Source: an uncultured virus (IMG/VR IMGVR_UViG_3300044833_000105) (taxonomy: Duplodnaviria > Heunggongvirae > Uroviricota > Caudoviricetes). From it: a DNA stretch of 20,000 bases. A program made the translations under genes and the position numbers. Below the pieces are notes generated by a model. That model was not told the origin of the DNA and made no database searches. It saw nothing but the letters and a program-made list of their open reading frames with translations. The stretch is taken from IMG/VR virus record IMGVR_UViG_3300044833_000105; one strand, 5' to 3'. Shown piece after piece: positions 8,015 through 15,938 of the stretch (positions within the stretch are counted from its first letter, which is position 1; the number at the start of each line of letters is the position of its first letter).

Positions 8015-8216
8015 GCGGCCTTGGTGGGTACTGAGGCCGCTAATTCGGGAGCCTGCCGGTTTAACTATGCGTCGCCAATCCAGCAATGGATTGTCATGGT
8101 AGATCGCTGGTTTCCGAATTAGCGCAGGTTTGCTGGCTCGTCGAACTGAACACGGCCTTAGTAACAGTAGGGCTGAGATGGGCCAGCAATTCAGATCGGC
8201 GCGCCACTGGGGCGCG
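8015..8216 (+). ncRNA. Putative structured RNA element (four stem-loops)
   Basis: Stems at 8015-8040, 8038-8124 (GCAA-capped), 8130-8189 and 8200-8216, with many G.U pairs on the + strand. No credible ORF. Confidence 0.55.
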
Positions 8217-8241
8217 GAGGGGAGAGAGGGGAAACAAATAA

Positions 8242-8406
8242 ATGAAGGACAAGCAATACATTGGAGACGGAGTATACGCGGAGTTTGATAACTTCGGTGA
8301 TCTTGTTCTAACAACCGAGGATGGCGTCCTCGTCACAAACAGGATTGTGCTAGAGCCAGAAACGCTGTCCACTCTTCAGCAATTCCTTAAGACGGTGCCA
8401 GCATGA
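8242..8406 (+). CDS. 54-aa phage hypothetical protein (YIGDGVY motif)
   Basis: Read manually: MKDKQYIGDGVYAEFDNFGDLVLTTEDGVLVTNRIVLEPETLSTLQQFLKTVPA*; purine-rich RBS and ATGA overlap downstream. Confidence 0.8.
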   Translation: MKDKQYIGDGVYAEFDNFGDLVLTTEDGVLVTNRIVLEPETLSTLQQFLKTVPA

Positions 8407-8900
8407 ATCCCAGCCCAAACAAAACCGAAGTGTCCAGCGTGCTGTGCAACCTGACGCTCCAGAACGCGGGCGAAGCGCCGATTCCGGAGTTCCTCCGCAA
8501 CATGACCGAAGTGGAGCGCCAGAAGTTCGTTAAGCGCTTCAACGAATATGAACCAACTCCTGAGCTACTACGCAGCGCGGGCGACGTGCAGCGCCAAGCG
8601 CATCAGTACTCGGACGACGAGACGCTCATTCCCGCCGACTATGACGAGTACCACAAGGCCAAGGAGCAAGCCTATTGCGATGTGATCAACCGAATGGCGG
8701 CGGATCATCAGAAGGTGCTCTATCAGGTTGAGATACGCGACAAGGCTATCTCTGGATTGATTGCGCGCCACTCGGAGGAATGCAAGCAGTTCGAGGCTGA
8801 AGCTGAGGACTTACGCGCCTACGTACGGCGGCGCACGATAGGCATGGCGATATTCTGCGCGGCGGCTGTGGCGATTGGTGTAGGTGGCCTGCTTAAATGA
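8403..8900 (+). CDS. Coiled-coil protein with C-terminal TM helix
   Basis: Ends TIGMAIFCAAAVAIGVGGLLK. Confidence 0.75.
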   Translation: MNPSPNKTEVSSVLCNLTLQNAGEAPIPEFLRNMTEVERQKFVKRFNEYEPTPELLRSAGDVQRQAHQYSDDETLIPADYDEYHKAKEQAYCDVINRMAADHQKVLYQVEIRDKAISGLIARHSEECKQFEAEAEDLRAYVRRRTIGMAIFCAAAVAIGVGGLLK

Positions 8901-9223
8901 AGCGCTGGATCGAGCAAGCTTTGTTGCGGGTGCTGAATAGCCGCGTCATTAACAACACTCCGTGCAAGTACGGATTCGTGGGTAATATTGATGCCTTCAG
9001 CTACGAGCACCTAGCTAGCGAGGAACGCTCGCGACCAGGAATAACGGTCAAGACGATCCTTGAGGAAGCCGACCGCTTCAAATCGTGCGCCGCGAGCAAG
9101 GATGGCGTAACGGTTATCGAACCAGATGGCACCACCCACGAAGCAACCGTTTGGGATATGCACGAATTACGACTCGCTTTCGCCCCCAAGGAAGTAGACA
9201 AAAATGATGGAGCTAACCAGTGA
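8897..9223 (+). CDS. Hypothetical protein
   Basis: Coupled ORF. Confidence 0.7.
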   Translation: MKRWIEQALLRVLNSRVINNTPCKYGFVGNIDAFSYEHLASEERSRPGITVKTILEEADRFKSCAASKDGVTVIEPDGTTHEATVWDMHELRLAFAPKEVDKNDGANQ

Positions 9224-10008
9224 GTGAACCACGTATCGTAAGCCAGTTCTCCTGCGGTGCTGCTTCGGCGGTGGCGACGAAGATAATCCTCTCCGGGTAT
9301 ACAGCCGGGCGCATTGTGATATTGAACGCCTTCATCGAAGAGGAGCACAAAGACAACCGACGTTTCTTGGCCGATTGCGAGAAGTGGTTTGATCATCCGA
9401 TCACCGTCATTAGGAACGAAAAGTTTGGCGCTTCAACGCACGAGACATGGCGACGTGAGCGTTATATCAAGGGTATCCACGGAGCATCTTGCTCGCGTGC
9501 GCTAAAGCGTGACCTGCTTGATTCAGTATCGCTTCCATCCGACATTTACGTCCTTGGGTACACCGCCGAGGAACCAGACAGGCTAGACCGGTTCCTGGAC
9601 GCCAACAACGGACGAACGGTGCTGACTCCGCTAATTGAAAGAGGGCTGACTAAGGCAGACTGTCTTGCGATCATCGATCGCGCCGGTATCGAACTTCCGA
9701 TGATGTATCGGCTTGGGTTCCACAACGCCAATTGTATCGGCTGTCCTAAGGGCGGCGCTGGCTACTGGAACAAGATCCGCGAGGTATTTCCCACGCAGTT
9801 TTACCAGATAGCGGACATCCAGGAAGCGATTGGCCCAGCAGCAAAGTTTCTACGGAATCGCCGGACTAACGAACGTATCTATCTTCGTGAACTTGATCCG
9901 ACGCACGGGAGAATTGAAGAGGAGCCGGAGATATCGTGCTCGTTCTTCTGCGAGATGGCAGAGCAGGACATCGCGGTCGGCATCGGCATTGCGGGGTGGA
10001 TGAAGTGA
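9220..10008 (+). CDS. Phage PAPS reductase-like (adenine nucleotide alpha-hydrolase, PP-loop) protein
   Basis: FSCGAASAVA PP-loop-like start; SCSRALK, GYTAEE, NANCIGCPKGGAGYW and SCSFFCE Cys motifs. Confidence 0.8.
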   Translation: MSEPRIVSQFSCGAASAVATKIILSGYTAGRIVILNAFIEEEHKDNRRFLADCEKWFDHPITVIRNEKFGASTHETWRRERYIKGIHGASCSRALKRDLLDSVSLPSDIYVLGYTAEEPDRLDRFLDANNGRTVLTPLIERGLTKADCLAIIDRAGIELPMMYRLGFHNANCIGCPKGGAGYWNKIREVFPTQFYQIADIQEAIGPAAKFLRNRRTNERIYLRELDPTHGRIEEEPEISCSFFCEMAEQDIAVGIGIAGWMK

Positions 10009-10205
10009 AAGCTGAAGACGCAATATCAGAAGTAGCTACACCGTGGGCGGTGATCTGCCCGCGTCATGGGCAGGTGTTCATGAATGCCGATGGCTATTTC
10101 CGGCAGATGGATTTTACGGATTCGAAGTGGATCTGTCCTAAGTGCGGCGCGAATGCTGAATGGGATGACGAAAACTTTGAAGCGCGGGACGGAGACGGAT
10201 CGTAA
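10005..10205 (+). CDS. Small Zn-finger protein
   Basis: CPRHG...WICPKCG; GTGA overlap. Confidence 0.7.
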   Translation: MKAEDAISEVATPWAVICPRHGQVFMNADGYFRQMDFTDSKWICPKCGANAEWDDENFEARDGDGS

Positions 10206-11038
10206 TGAGCGACCAATTCTGGAAACTGCTGACCAGCGACCTGCGCCCGCCGATTCAGGGCGGAGGGCCGCTGTTCGATGGCCAGCTACCGTACCTGTTG
10301 CCAGAGGTAGATGTGAATTCGACCGACGCCGAATGTGGCCGTGGCTGGAACTTCGTCCGCAACATCGAAACGGGATTTAGCATCGCGGGCATGTGGCGAA
10401 CCCGCAGACCGAACGCAGTGCTGCTGGTAGAGCCGTCCGATGGATGGGTTGAGCGCGGCAACAAGTGTAGGGCTGCGCAGTTGAACCTTGTGCGGCATGC
10501 TACAGACGAAGAGATTAAATCCGGCTTGCTCGCGTTTTCGAAATCATTCGGTGCTCATCATAATCAGATGGCCGAAGAGCAGTGGCAATGGTGGACGGCG
10601 CTCAAGCGACCTTGCCGCGACCGCGATAAGGTTATCACTGGCTTGCAACTAGCGCTAAAGCGGCGCGGCCTTGACTGGTTCTTGAAGGAATATCCGGCCG
10701 CCAGGGACGCCTGGAACTACAGGGACTCATGGAACGCCAGGGACGCCTTGAACGCCATGGACTCCAGGGACGCCTGGAACGCCATGGACGCCTGGTACAC
10801 CTGGCACTCCAGTGCCTACAATGACCACTGGGCCGCCAGGGACGTCTGGGACTCCTGCGCCGACAGTGTCACCTGGGACGCCAGTGCCGCCCTCACGGTC
10901 AGCTTCGCTGCCCGCTCTGGCTGGATCAAGAAAGATTCCGATTTTCTGACCGCTGGAATCCGTGATGCGTATTTCAACGGTCTAGATATAGCCGTGCCCA
11001 CAGGTACCAAGGAACTCGGGTGGAGCATGTGCGAATGA
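10205..11038 (+). CDS. Hypothetical protein with degenerate A(W/R)D tripeptide repeats
   Basis: TAATG coupling; 21 tripeptide units at 10700-10888. Confidence 0.8.
   Translation: MSDQFWKLLTSDLRPPIQGGGPLFDGQLPYLLPEVDVNSTDAECGRGWNFVRNIETGFSIAGMWRTRRPNAVLLVEPSDGWVERGNKCRAAQLNLVRHATDEEIKSGLLAFSKSFGAHHNQMAEEQWQWWTALKRPCRDRDKVITGLQLALKRRGLDWFLKEYPAARDAWNYRDSWNARDALNAMDSRDAWNAMDAWYTWHSSAYNDHWAARDVWDSCADSVTWDASAALTVSFAARSGWIKKDSDFLTAGIRDAYFNGLDIAVPTGTKELGWSMCE
10700..10888 (+). repeat. 21 x 9-bp degenerate tandem repeat, consensus GCC WGG GAC
   Basis: Units read directly: gccagggac, gcctggaac, tacagggac, tcatggaac... Confidence 0.85.
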
Positions 11039-11108
11039 CGCCCCTCGCCCTCCTCGCCGTCGCCGCGCTGTGCCTGTGCCGACGGCATCGCTGCACGCGG
11101 AGGTGCGT

Positions 11109-11456
11109 ATGAAAGATCCGAATCCTTGGAAGTGCGACCAATGCGACACCAGGAAGGGTAAGGCCAACCATTGGTGGCAAGCTTTTGGGCAAGAGGGGGC
11201 GATACCAGCTTTTCTTATTTTCCCATGGAATGAAGAAATGGCCGAGGAGTCAGGCAGGCAGCATCTTTGTAGTGAATCGTGCGTAGCTAAGGCCGCTTCG
11301 CAGTGGATGGGAAAGATTAAGGAGGCCAATAACACACAAACAAAGACGACCACGTTCGCTGCTGCTGTCGCCGAGGCCATTACGGCATTTGCGGACACGT
11401 GCTACTGCGGAGAAATATTAATGGCTGACGGACGATGCCCAGAGGGTCACGAATGA
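11109..11456 (+). CDS. Zn-binding hypothetical protein
   Basis: GGAGG RBS; CDQC...NHWW...HLCSESC plus a C-terminal CYCG...CPEGH. Confidence 0.75.
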   Translation: MKDPNPWKCDQCDTRKGKANHWWQAFGQEGAIPAFLIFPWNEEMAEESGRQHLCSESCVAKAASQWMGKIKEANNTQTKTTTFAAAVAEAITAFADTCYCGEILMADGRCPEGHE

Positions 11457-11536
11457 CGCAGGAGCGGAAGCCCAAAACGGCAATCGCGGACGCTCTGAAG
11501 TTGACACTGATTAATGGAGCGCTAGAAGAATAGCCG

Positions 11537-11950
11537 ATGACCCTGCCCCACAACATCACGGCCGAGCAGTCGATAAAGCTTGGTTGGCACACACTGACCA
11601 AGAAGGGCTACCTGGAGTTGCGTGGAAGCGTTCCCGGAAAAAAGAATGCCTACAAGCGTTCGTTCAATGGCCGGATGCACGTGCCAGCCGAGATTCGCGC
11701 TCAACTAGACGCGCTTCAGCTTCAGGCGCAGGCACAGTGGAATCGACCTCCGATGGATGACGCGCATATCAAGGCGCGCTTCTTTGTGCGGAATCGGAAA
11801 TCCGATTTGGACAATAAATACGTCGCACTTCAGGATGTGCTGGTAAAGGCTGGCGTGCTGGTTAACGACTCGATAGCGCACGTTCGCAGCTTCGAGGCTA
11901 GCGCGGTGGTGACGATATTAGACGAGTACGTACAGGTGACCATCGAATGA
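11537..11950 (+). CDS. rusA: RusA-family Holliday junction resolvase
   Basis: GSVPGKKN and SDLDNKYVALQDVLVKAGVLVNDS (DxDN...D...ND catalytic pattern). Confidence 0.85.
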   Translation: MTLPHNITAEQSIKLGWHTLTKKGYLELRGSVPGKKNAYKRSFNGRMHVPAEIRAQLDALQLQAQAQWNRPPMDDAHIKARFFVRNRKSDLDNKYVALQDVLVKAGVLVNDSIAHVRSFEASAVVTILDEYVQVTIE

Positions 11951-12011
11951 CACTCCAGACCACCGTGCAACACAAGCTGAAGGCGCTGCTGGGGCGGCGG
12001 AGGGCGGCGGC

Positions 12012-12284
12012 GTGAAACCGAGACGCTCATACATCGATGTAATCTCAGCGCATTCAGGAGAGGTCCTGTGCTCCACGTCCCAGCGCATGGATTTACATGC
12101 AGCGGAAATGAAGGTCGAGAACGACAAGCGCATAGGCTACGCATCTCAAGTGAGGGTTCATGGAAAGGATTGCAAAAAGGCTCCGCACGTTGGCGGCGGC
12201 TACCTTCATGACGCGAGCGACGACCGACCGTACGATGTTGACGGAGTGGTGTACTGCGGTCGATGCCACGAGTATTTGACATGA
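12012..12284 (+). CDS. Hypothetical protein (YCGRCH motif)
   Basis: GGAGGG RBS; coupled. Confidence 0.7.
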   Translation: MKPRRSYIDVISAHSGEVLCSTSQRMDLHAAEMKVENDKRIGYASQVRVHGKDCKKAPHVGGGYLHDASDDRPYDVDGVVYCGRCHEYLT

Positions 12285-12454
12285 CCAACCTCCAAACCAT
12301 CTGCACTTGTGGCGCTACCGCTTCCCGCCACTGGATCACCTACGATGAGCGCGGAAAGCTGATTGTGCGCGATTCGGCTATCGAGGGCAGTCGGTGTCTG
12401 AGGTTTACGCCCGCGCCCGTGGTCGATAAGGCGTGCGAGGCGATTGCCAAATGA
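12281..12454 (+). CDS. Small Cys/His hypothetical protein
   Basis: MTNLQTICTCGATASRH...; ATGA overlaps. Confidence 0.65.
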   Translation: MTNLQTICTCGATASRHWITYDERGKLIVRDSAIEGSRCLRFTPAPVVDKACEAIAK

Positions 12455-12534
12455 AGTATAGAAGCGTATGCAGCGGTATCGAGGCCGACGACGTACCAGC
12501 GGCCTCTGTCGGCCCACGAGCGGCGGAGCGGTGA
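12451..12534 (+). pseudogene. Relic of a C5-cytosine methyltransferase N-terminus (27 aa)
   Basis: MKYRSVCSGIEA resembles the motif I start (M-x-Y-x-S-V-C-S-G-I-E-A) of phage Dcm enzymes, then diverges and stops. Confidence 0.6.
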
Positions 12535-13568
12535 GTATGCTCAAGGCCCCATTCCCGTGGTTCGGCGGCAAGTCGCGAGTGGCGCAGTTGGTATGGGACC
12601 GCTTTGGAAATGTACCGAATTACGTGGAGCCGTTATTTGGCAGTGGGGCGGTGTTGCTGGCGCGTCCATCGACGCCTGGGACTGAAACCATTAACGACTT
12701 GGATTGTATGGTCGCCAACTTCTGGCGTGCGCTGCAACGTGATCCCGAAGCGGTCGCCATGCACGCCGACAATCCGGTCAACGAAGCAGATCAGCACGCG
12801 CGTCATTTATGGCTCGTTCACCAGGAAGAATTTCGAGAGCGGATGAAAACGGAGCCGGAGTATTTCGATGCAAAAATCGCGGGGTGGTGGGTATGGGGAC
12901 AGTGTATCTGGATCGGCTCGGGATGGTGTTCGGTACAGCGACCGCACCTCGGGAACGCGGGCAAGGGCGTGAACCGGCAGCGACCGCACCTCGGGGACGC
13001 GGGCAAGGGCGTGCATCGTAAGCGACCGCACCTCGGGAACGCGGGCACGGGCGTGGAGGATGTCTCGTGCATCGTAAGCGACCGCACCTCGGGAACGCTT
13101 ACAGGCAAAAACATCCTGCGCTACATGGAAGATTTAGCGCACAGGCTGCGCCGAGTGCGTGTGTGTTGCGGCGACTGGTCCCGCGTCTGCGGACCTTCGC
13201 CAACGGTCAAGCTTGGCACTACGGGTGTCTTCCTCGATCCACCTTACGCGGCGGAAGCAGAACGCCAGGACGGACTATACGCCAGCGACAGCACTACGGT
13301 GGCTCACGACGTCCGTGAATGGGCCATTGAGTGGGGACAAGATCCACGGATGCGTATCGCGCTCTGTGGCTATCAGGGCGAGCATGACATGCCGTCCAGT
13401 TGGGAAGAGGTTGCCTGGAAAGCACGTGGCGGCTACGGGTCACAGGGAAGTGGATCTGGACGCGAAAACTCCAAGAAGGAAACCATTTGGTTTAGTCCAC
13501 ACTGTTTGCGGAACACGCTATTTGCCTACGCGGAATCGGCTGGTGAACTAACGGAGGCTTCGCTTTGA
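12531..13568 (+). CDS. D12-class N6-adenine DNA methyltransferase with internal 14-aa repeats
   Basis: PFPWFGGKSRVA, YVEPLFGSGAV, ETINDLD and FLDPPY motifs; start at GTG 12531 or ATG 12537. Confidence 0.9.
   Translation: MSMLKAPFPWFGGKSRVAQLVWDRFGNVPNYVEPLFGSGAVLLARPSTPGTETINDLDCMVANFWRALQRDPEAVAMHADNPVNEADQHARHLWLVHQEEFRERMKTEPEYFDAKIAGWWVWGQCIWIGSGWCSVQRPHLGNAGKGVNRQRPHLGDAGKGVHRKRPHLGNAGTGVEDVSCIVSDRTSGTLTGKNILRYMEDLAHRLRRVRVCCGDWSRVCGPSPTVKLGTTGVFLDPPYAAEAERQDGLYASDSTTVAHDVREWAIEWGQDPRMRIALCGYQGEHDMPSSWEEVAWKARGGYGSQGSGSGRENSKKETIWFSPHCLRNTLFAYAESAGELTEASL
12936..13098 (+). repeat. 3 x 42-bp tandem repeat plus a fourth, out-of-frame partial copy
   Basis: AGCGACCGCACCTCGGG(A/G)ACGC in units starting 12936, 12978 and 13020. 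Positions 13066-13098 duplicate 13010-13042. Confidence 0.95.
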
Positions 13569-13840
13569 CCTGGCTCTACGTGGTAGACGAGCACACGAAC
13601 CAGATACGCCGCAAAACGGCCATGGCGGCCAACGAGCAGCACCTGGGCGTAGATCGCAACCCGCATAAGTTCGCCACCCAGCAGGAGGCGCGGGCGTTCG
13701 TCCTGGAGCGGGCGAAGCAGCAACTGGCGGCTACGCGCAGGAAAATTGTGGTCCACAACTTACCTTGGCCTGTGGAAAGTGCCAACGTGAAGCGGCTGGA
13801 GCGCAAGCTCGCGGATCTGGAGCGGAAGTGGGGAAAGTAG
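13565..13840 (+). CDS. Hypothetical protein
   Basis: GGAGG RBS; TTG start overlaps the upstream stop. Confidence 0.7.
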   Translation: MTWLYVVDEHTNQIRRKTAMAANEQHLGVDRNPHKFATQQEARAFVLERAKQQLAATRRKIVVHNLPWPVESANVKRLERKLADLERKWGK

Positions 13841-13864
13841 TATGGCGAGAGCCAAGAAAAGAGA

Positions 13865-14263
13865 GTGAATGAAAAAACAGCGGTGCATTTCAGTTCGGCG
13901 ACAGATAGGTGGGCAACTCCTGCCGCTGTCTATGCCGCGCTGAATGAAGAGTTCCGGTTCGACTACGATCCTTGTCCGCTTGACGGCTTGGAAGACGGCC
14001 TAGCGACGCTATTTAACCCTTGGTCGGGCCGCAGGGTGTTCTGCAACCCTCCATATGGTCCTGGTTTGGCTGAGTGGCTAAGACGCGGCCTGGAGGCGGA
14101 GTTAGCCGTGTTCCTGATTCCATCTAGGACGGATACGCGGTGGTTCCATGACATCGTGTTGCCTAGAGCCAAAGAGATTAGATTTATTCGTGGACGCTTG
14201 AGATTCGGAGATGCGGTAAACAACGCGCCATTCCCGAGCATGATCGTTATTTTCGAGCGGTAG
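13865..14263 (+). CDS. Phage N6-adenine methyltransferase (small T1-Dam-like family)
   Basis: WATP, FDYDPC, FCNPPYG, LIPSRTDTRWFH, FIRGRLRFG and APFPS motifs. Confidence 0.9.
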   Translation: MNEKTAVHFSSATDRWATPAAVYAALNEEFRFDYDPCPLDGLEDGLATLFNPWSGRRVFCNPPYGPGLAEWLRRGLEAELAVFLIPSRTDTRWFHDIVLPRAKEIRFIRGRLRFGDAVNNAPFPSMIVIFER

Positions 14264-14364
14264 CCTTCACCCGGCACAGATCGGGGAAGCGCAGTGGAGC
14301 AGCCGGGGATTCTCGGCGGTGGAGTTGGTCAGAAAGAGTAACGACAAGAAGTGCGTATTTTGTT

Positions 14365-14393
14365 TTGCAATACGACGAATGGTAGCGTAGAAT
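14365..14393 (+). promoter_or_regulatory. sigma70-type promoter upstream of the replication genes
   Basis: TTGCAA (14365-14370), 17 bp spacer, TAGAAT (14388-14393). Confidence 0.65.
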
Positions 14394-14512
14394 TGAATCA
14401 GCAAGTTGTGTTCCCGACTGATCATTGGGTACTTGCGCGATTCTGCGGATCAACAGGCAAGGGTGCCTCTTCACCTTTGCCTGCCGCAACCCCAAAAGAG
14501 GTGGGGCACAAA

Positions 14513-14680
14513 ATGACCAATTCTACAGGCGCAGAGCGCGCCAACCAAGAACCAATAGACAGATCGGTTCCGGCGATAAACGGGCGACCTTGGACATTTA
14601 ACAGGTTCGATAACTACATCCGATATGTCAGTGGAGTGCTACGCGGACAGCGCGAACAAGAGGAGTACCGACTCGCATGA
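14513..14680 (+). CDS. Hypothetical protein, 55 aa
   Basis: GAGGTGGGG upstream of ATG 14513; ATGA overlap with the initiator gene. Confidence 0.55.
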   Translation: MTNSTGAERANQEPIDRSVPAINGRPWTFNRFDNYIRYVSGVLRGQREQEEYRLA

Positions 14681-15438
14681 AAAGGGGTGCTCCTCGCCAT
14701 CCAAAAATGAAGGAACTGGCGCGCCTTCTAAAGATCGAAGTTCACGCAGCGGTCGGAATTCTTGAGATGCTCTGGCACTTCACGGGCGAGTTTGCCCCGT
14801 GCGGTGACATCGGACGCATCAAAGACCCTGCCATTGCCGACGGCGTCTCTTGGCGCAAAGATCCAGACACCCTTATTAGGGCGCTGGTTGGTTCAGGCTG
14901 GCTAGACCGAAACGAAAAGTACCGCCTTATAGTTCACGATTGGGATCAACATGCCGACGAGTCAGTGAAAAAGAAACTAAACCGAATGCATGTTTGGTTT
15001 CTTCCGGAATATGCAGCGTGTCGAGATGCCGTAGAGACGGAGGAGAGACGTAATCCTCCTGCAAGTACAGACATGTCTAGCACTAAGGTAGATACATGTC
15101 TTCCCTCGCGAGAGGAAGGGCAAGGCAAGGCAAGGAAGGGCAAGGCGTTGTTGAATGATTTTGATGAATTTCGCAAAGCTTGCGTTGAGTGCGATTTGCC
15201 GTTCTCGGAAAAGGACATGGACCTAGCCGAATCGAAGTGGGCGTTTCTGGACTTCGAGGCTAAGTTGGCAGCGGTCAAGGGGTTGACTGACAGGAAGCAG
15301 TGCGGCGAGTTCGATGAGCAATCATTTCGGCCACTTCCACAGAACTATCTCGGGAAGCGCGCATGGGAGCGGCCGTTGCGAGTAAAGCAAACCAAACAGT
15401 CCAAGATCGACAAGTACTGGGAGGACATGAGCGTATGA
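14677..15438 (+). CDS. Phage replication initiator (replisome organizer-like, N-terminal winged HTH)
   Basis: HPKMKELARLL...AVGILEMLWH...ALVGSGWLD...VHDWDQH N-domain, a low-complexity linker, and a PQNYL..RAWE C-domain. Confidence 0.75.
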   Translation: MKRGAPRHPKMKELARLLKIEVHAAVGILEMLWHFTGEFAPCGDIGRIKDPAIADGVSWRKDPDTLIRALVGSGWLDRNEKYRLIVHDWDQHADESVKKKLNRMHVWFLPEYAACRDAVETEERRNPPASTDMSSTKVDTCLPSREEGQGKARKGKALLNDFDEFRKACVECDLPFSEKDMDLAESKWAFLDFEAKLAAVKGLTDRKQCGEFDEQSFRPLPQNYLGKRAWERPLRVKQTKQSKIDKYWEDMSV

Positions 15439-15938
15439 TCAGCGAAAAATTCGCTACGGAACAGGTCCGAAGATTGCAATCTTTGAAGTTTTTTCCGACT
15501 GATAAAGTGGCCGTAAAGGAACTGGCTTCCGCGCTCCGCTCCGCAGCCGACACCGAACTAATCGCCAGCAACGCCATCGACGAACTCACCAGCACCCTGA
15601 CCGATTGCCCCGTACCGGCCGACATCCGACGCGCTGTATTCGCCAAGGCCGACGACGAAGAATACAAACTGCCGTATGACCCCCCGGCACCCGGAACCCT
15701 CTGCCCCATCTGCCGCTCGAACGGAACCATCCAGGAAGGAACCCAGCGCGTCCGCTGTACCTGTCGCAACGGGCAGGAGTTCCCGCAAGGATTGCTAGAC
15801 ATGATGAACGCGCCAAATAAGGGATCTTGTCAGGGACCGATCGGACCACGGCCGAAGCGTAGTTTCGTTGGGCGGTCCGATGCAAAGCCGATCACGCAAG
15901 CCGAGATCGACGCGGCGTTGAAAGCGAGAGGGCGATGA
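15435..15938 (+). CDS. Putative helicase-loader-like replication accessory protein with Zn finger
   Basis: Follows the initiator; CPVPADIR and CPICRSNG...RCTC motifs. Confidence 0.55.
   Translation: MISEKFATEQVRRLQSLKFFPTDKVAVKELASALRSAADTELIASNAIDELTSTLTDCPVPADIRRAVFAKADDEEYKLPYDPPAPGTLCPICRSNGTIQEGTQRVRCTCRNGQEFPQGLLDMMNAPNKGSCQGPIGPRPKRSFVGRSDAKPITQAEIDAALKARGR

Noticed and set aside
8040..8225. Twister or hammerhead ribozyme, or tRNA
   Set aside because: Fragments such as TTAACT, GCGGAGGG and CTGAGA occur, but I could not assemble the conserved cores or a cloverleaf.
3401..11038. Complete diversity-generating retroelement
   Set aside because: No reverse transcriptase, Avd or TR/VR pair is visible in the window; only the substitution pattern is suggestive.
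12936..13098. Repeats as a CRISPR or mini-array
   Set aside because: The units are tandem, coding and lack unique spacers; no cas genes are present.
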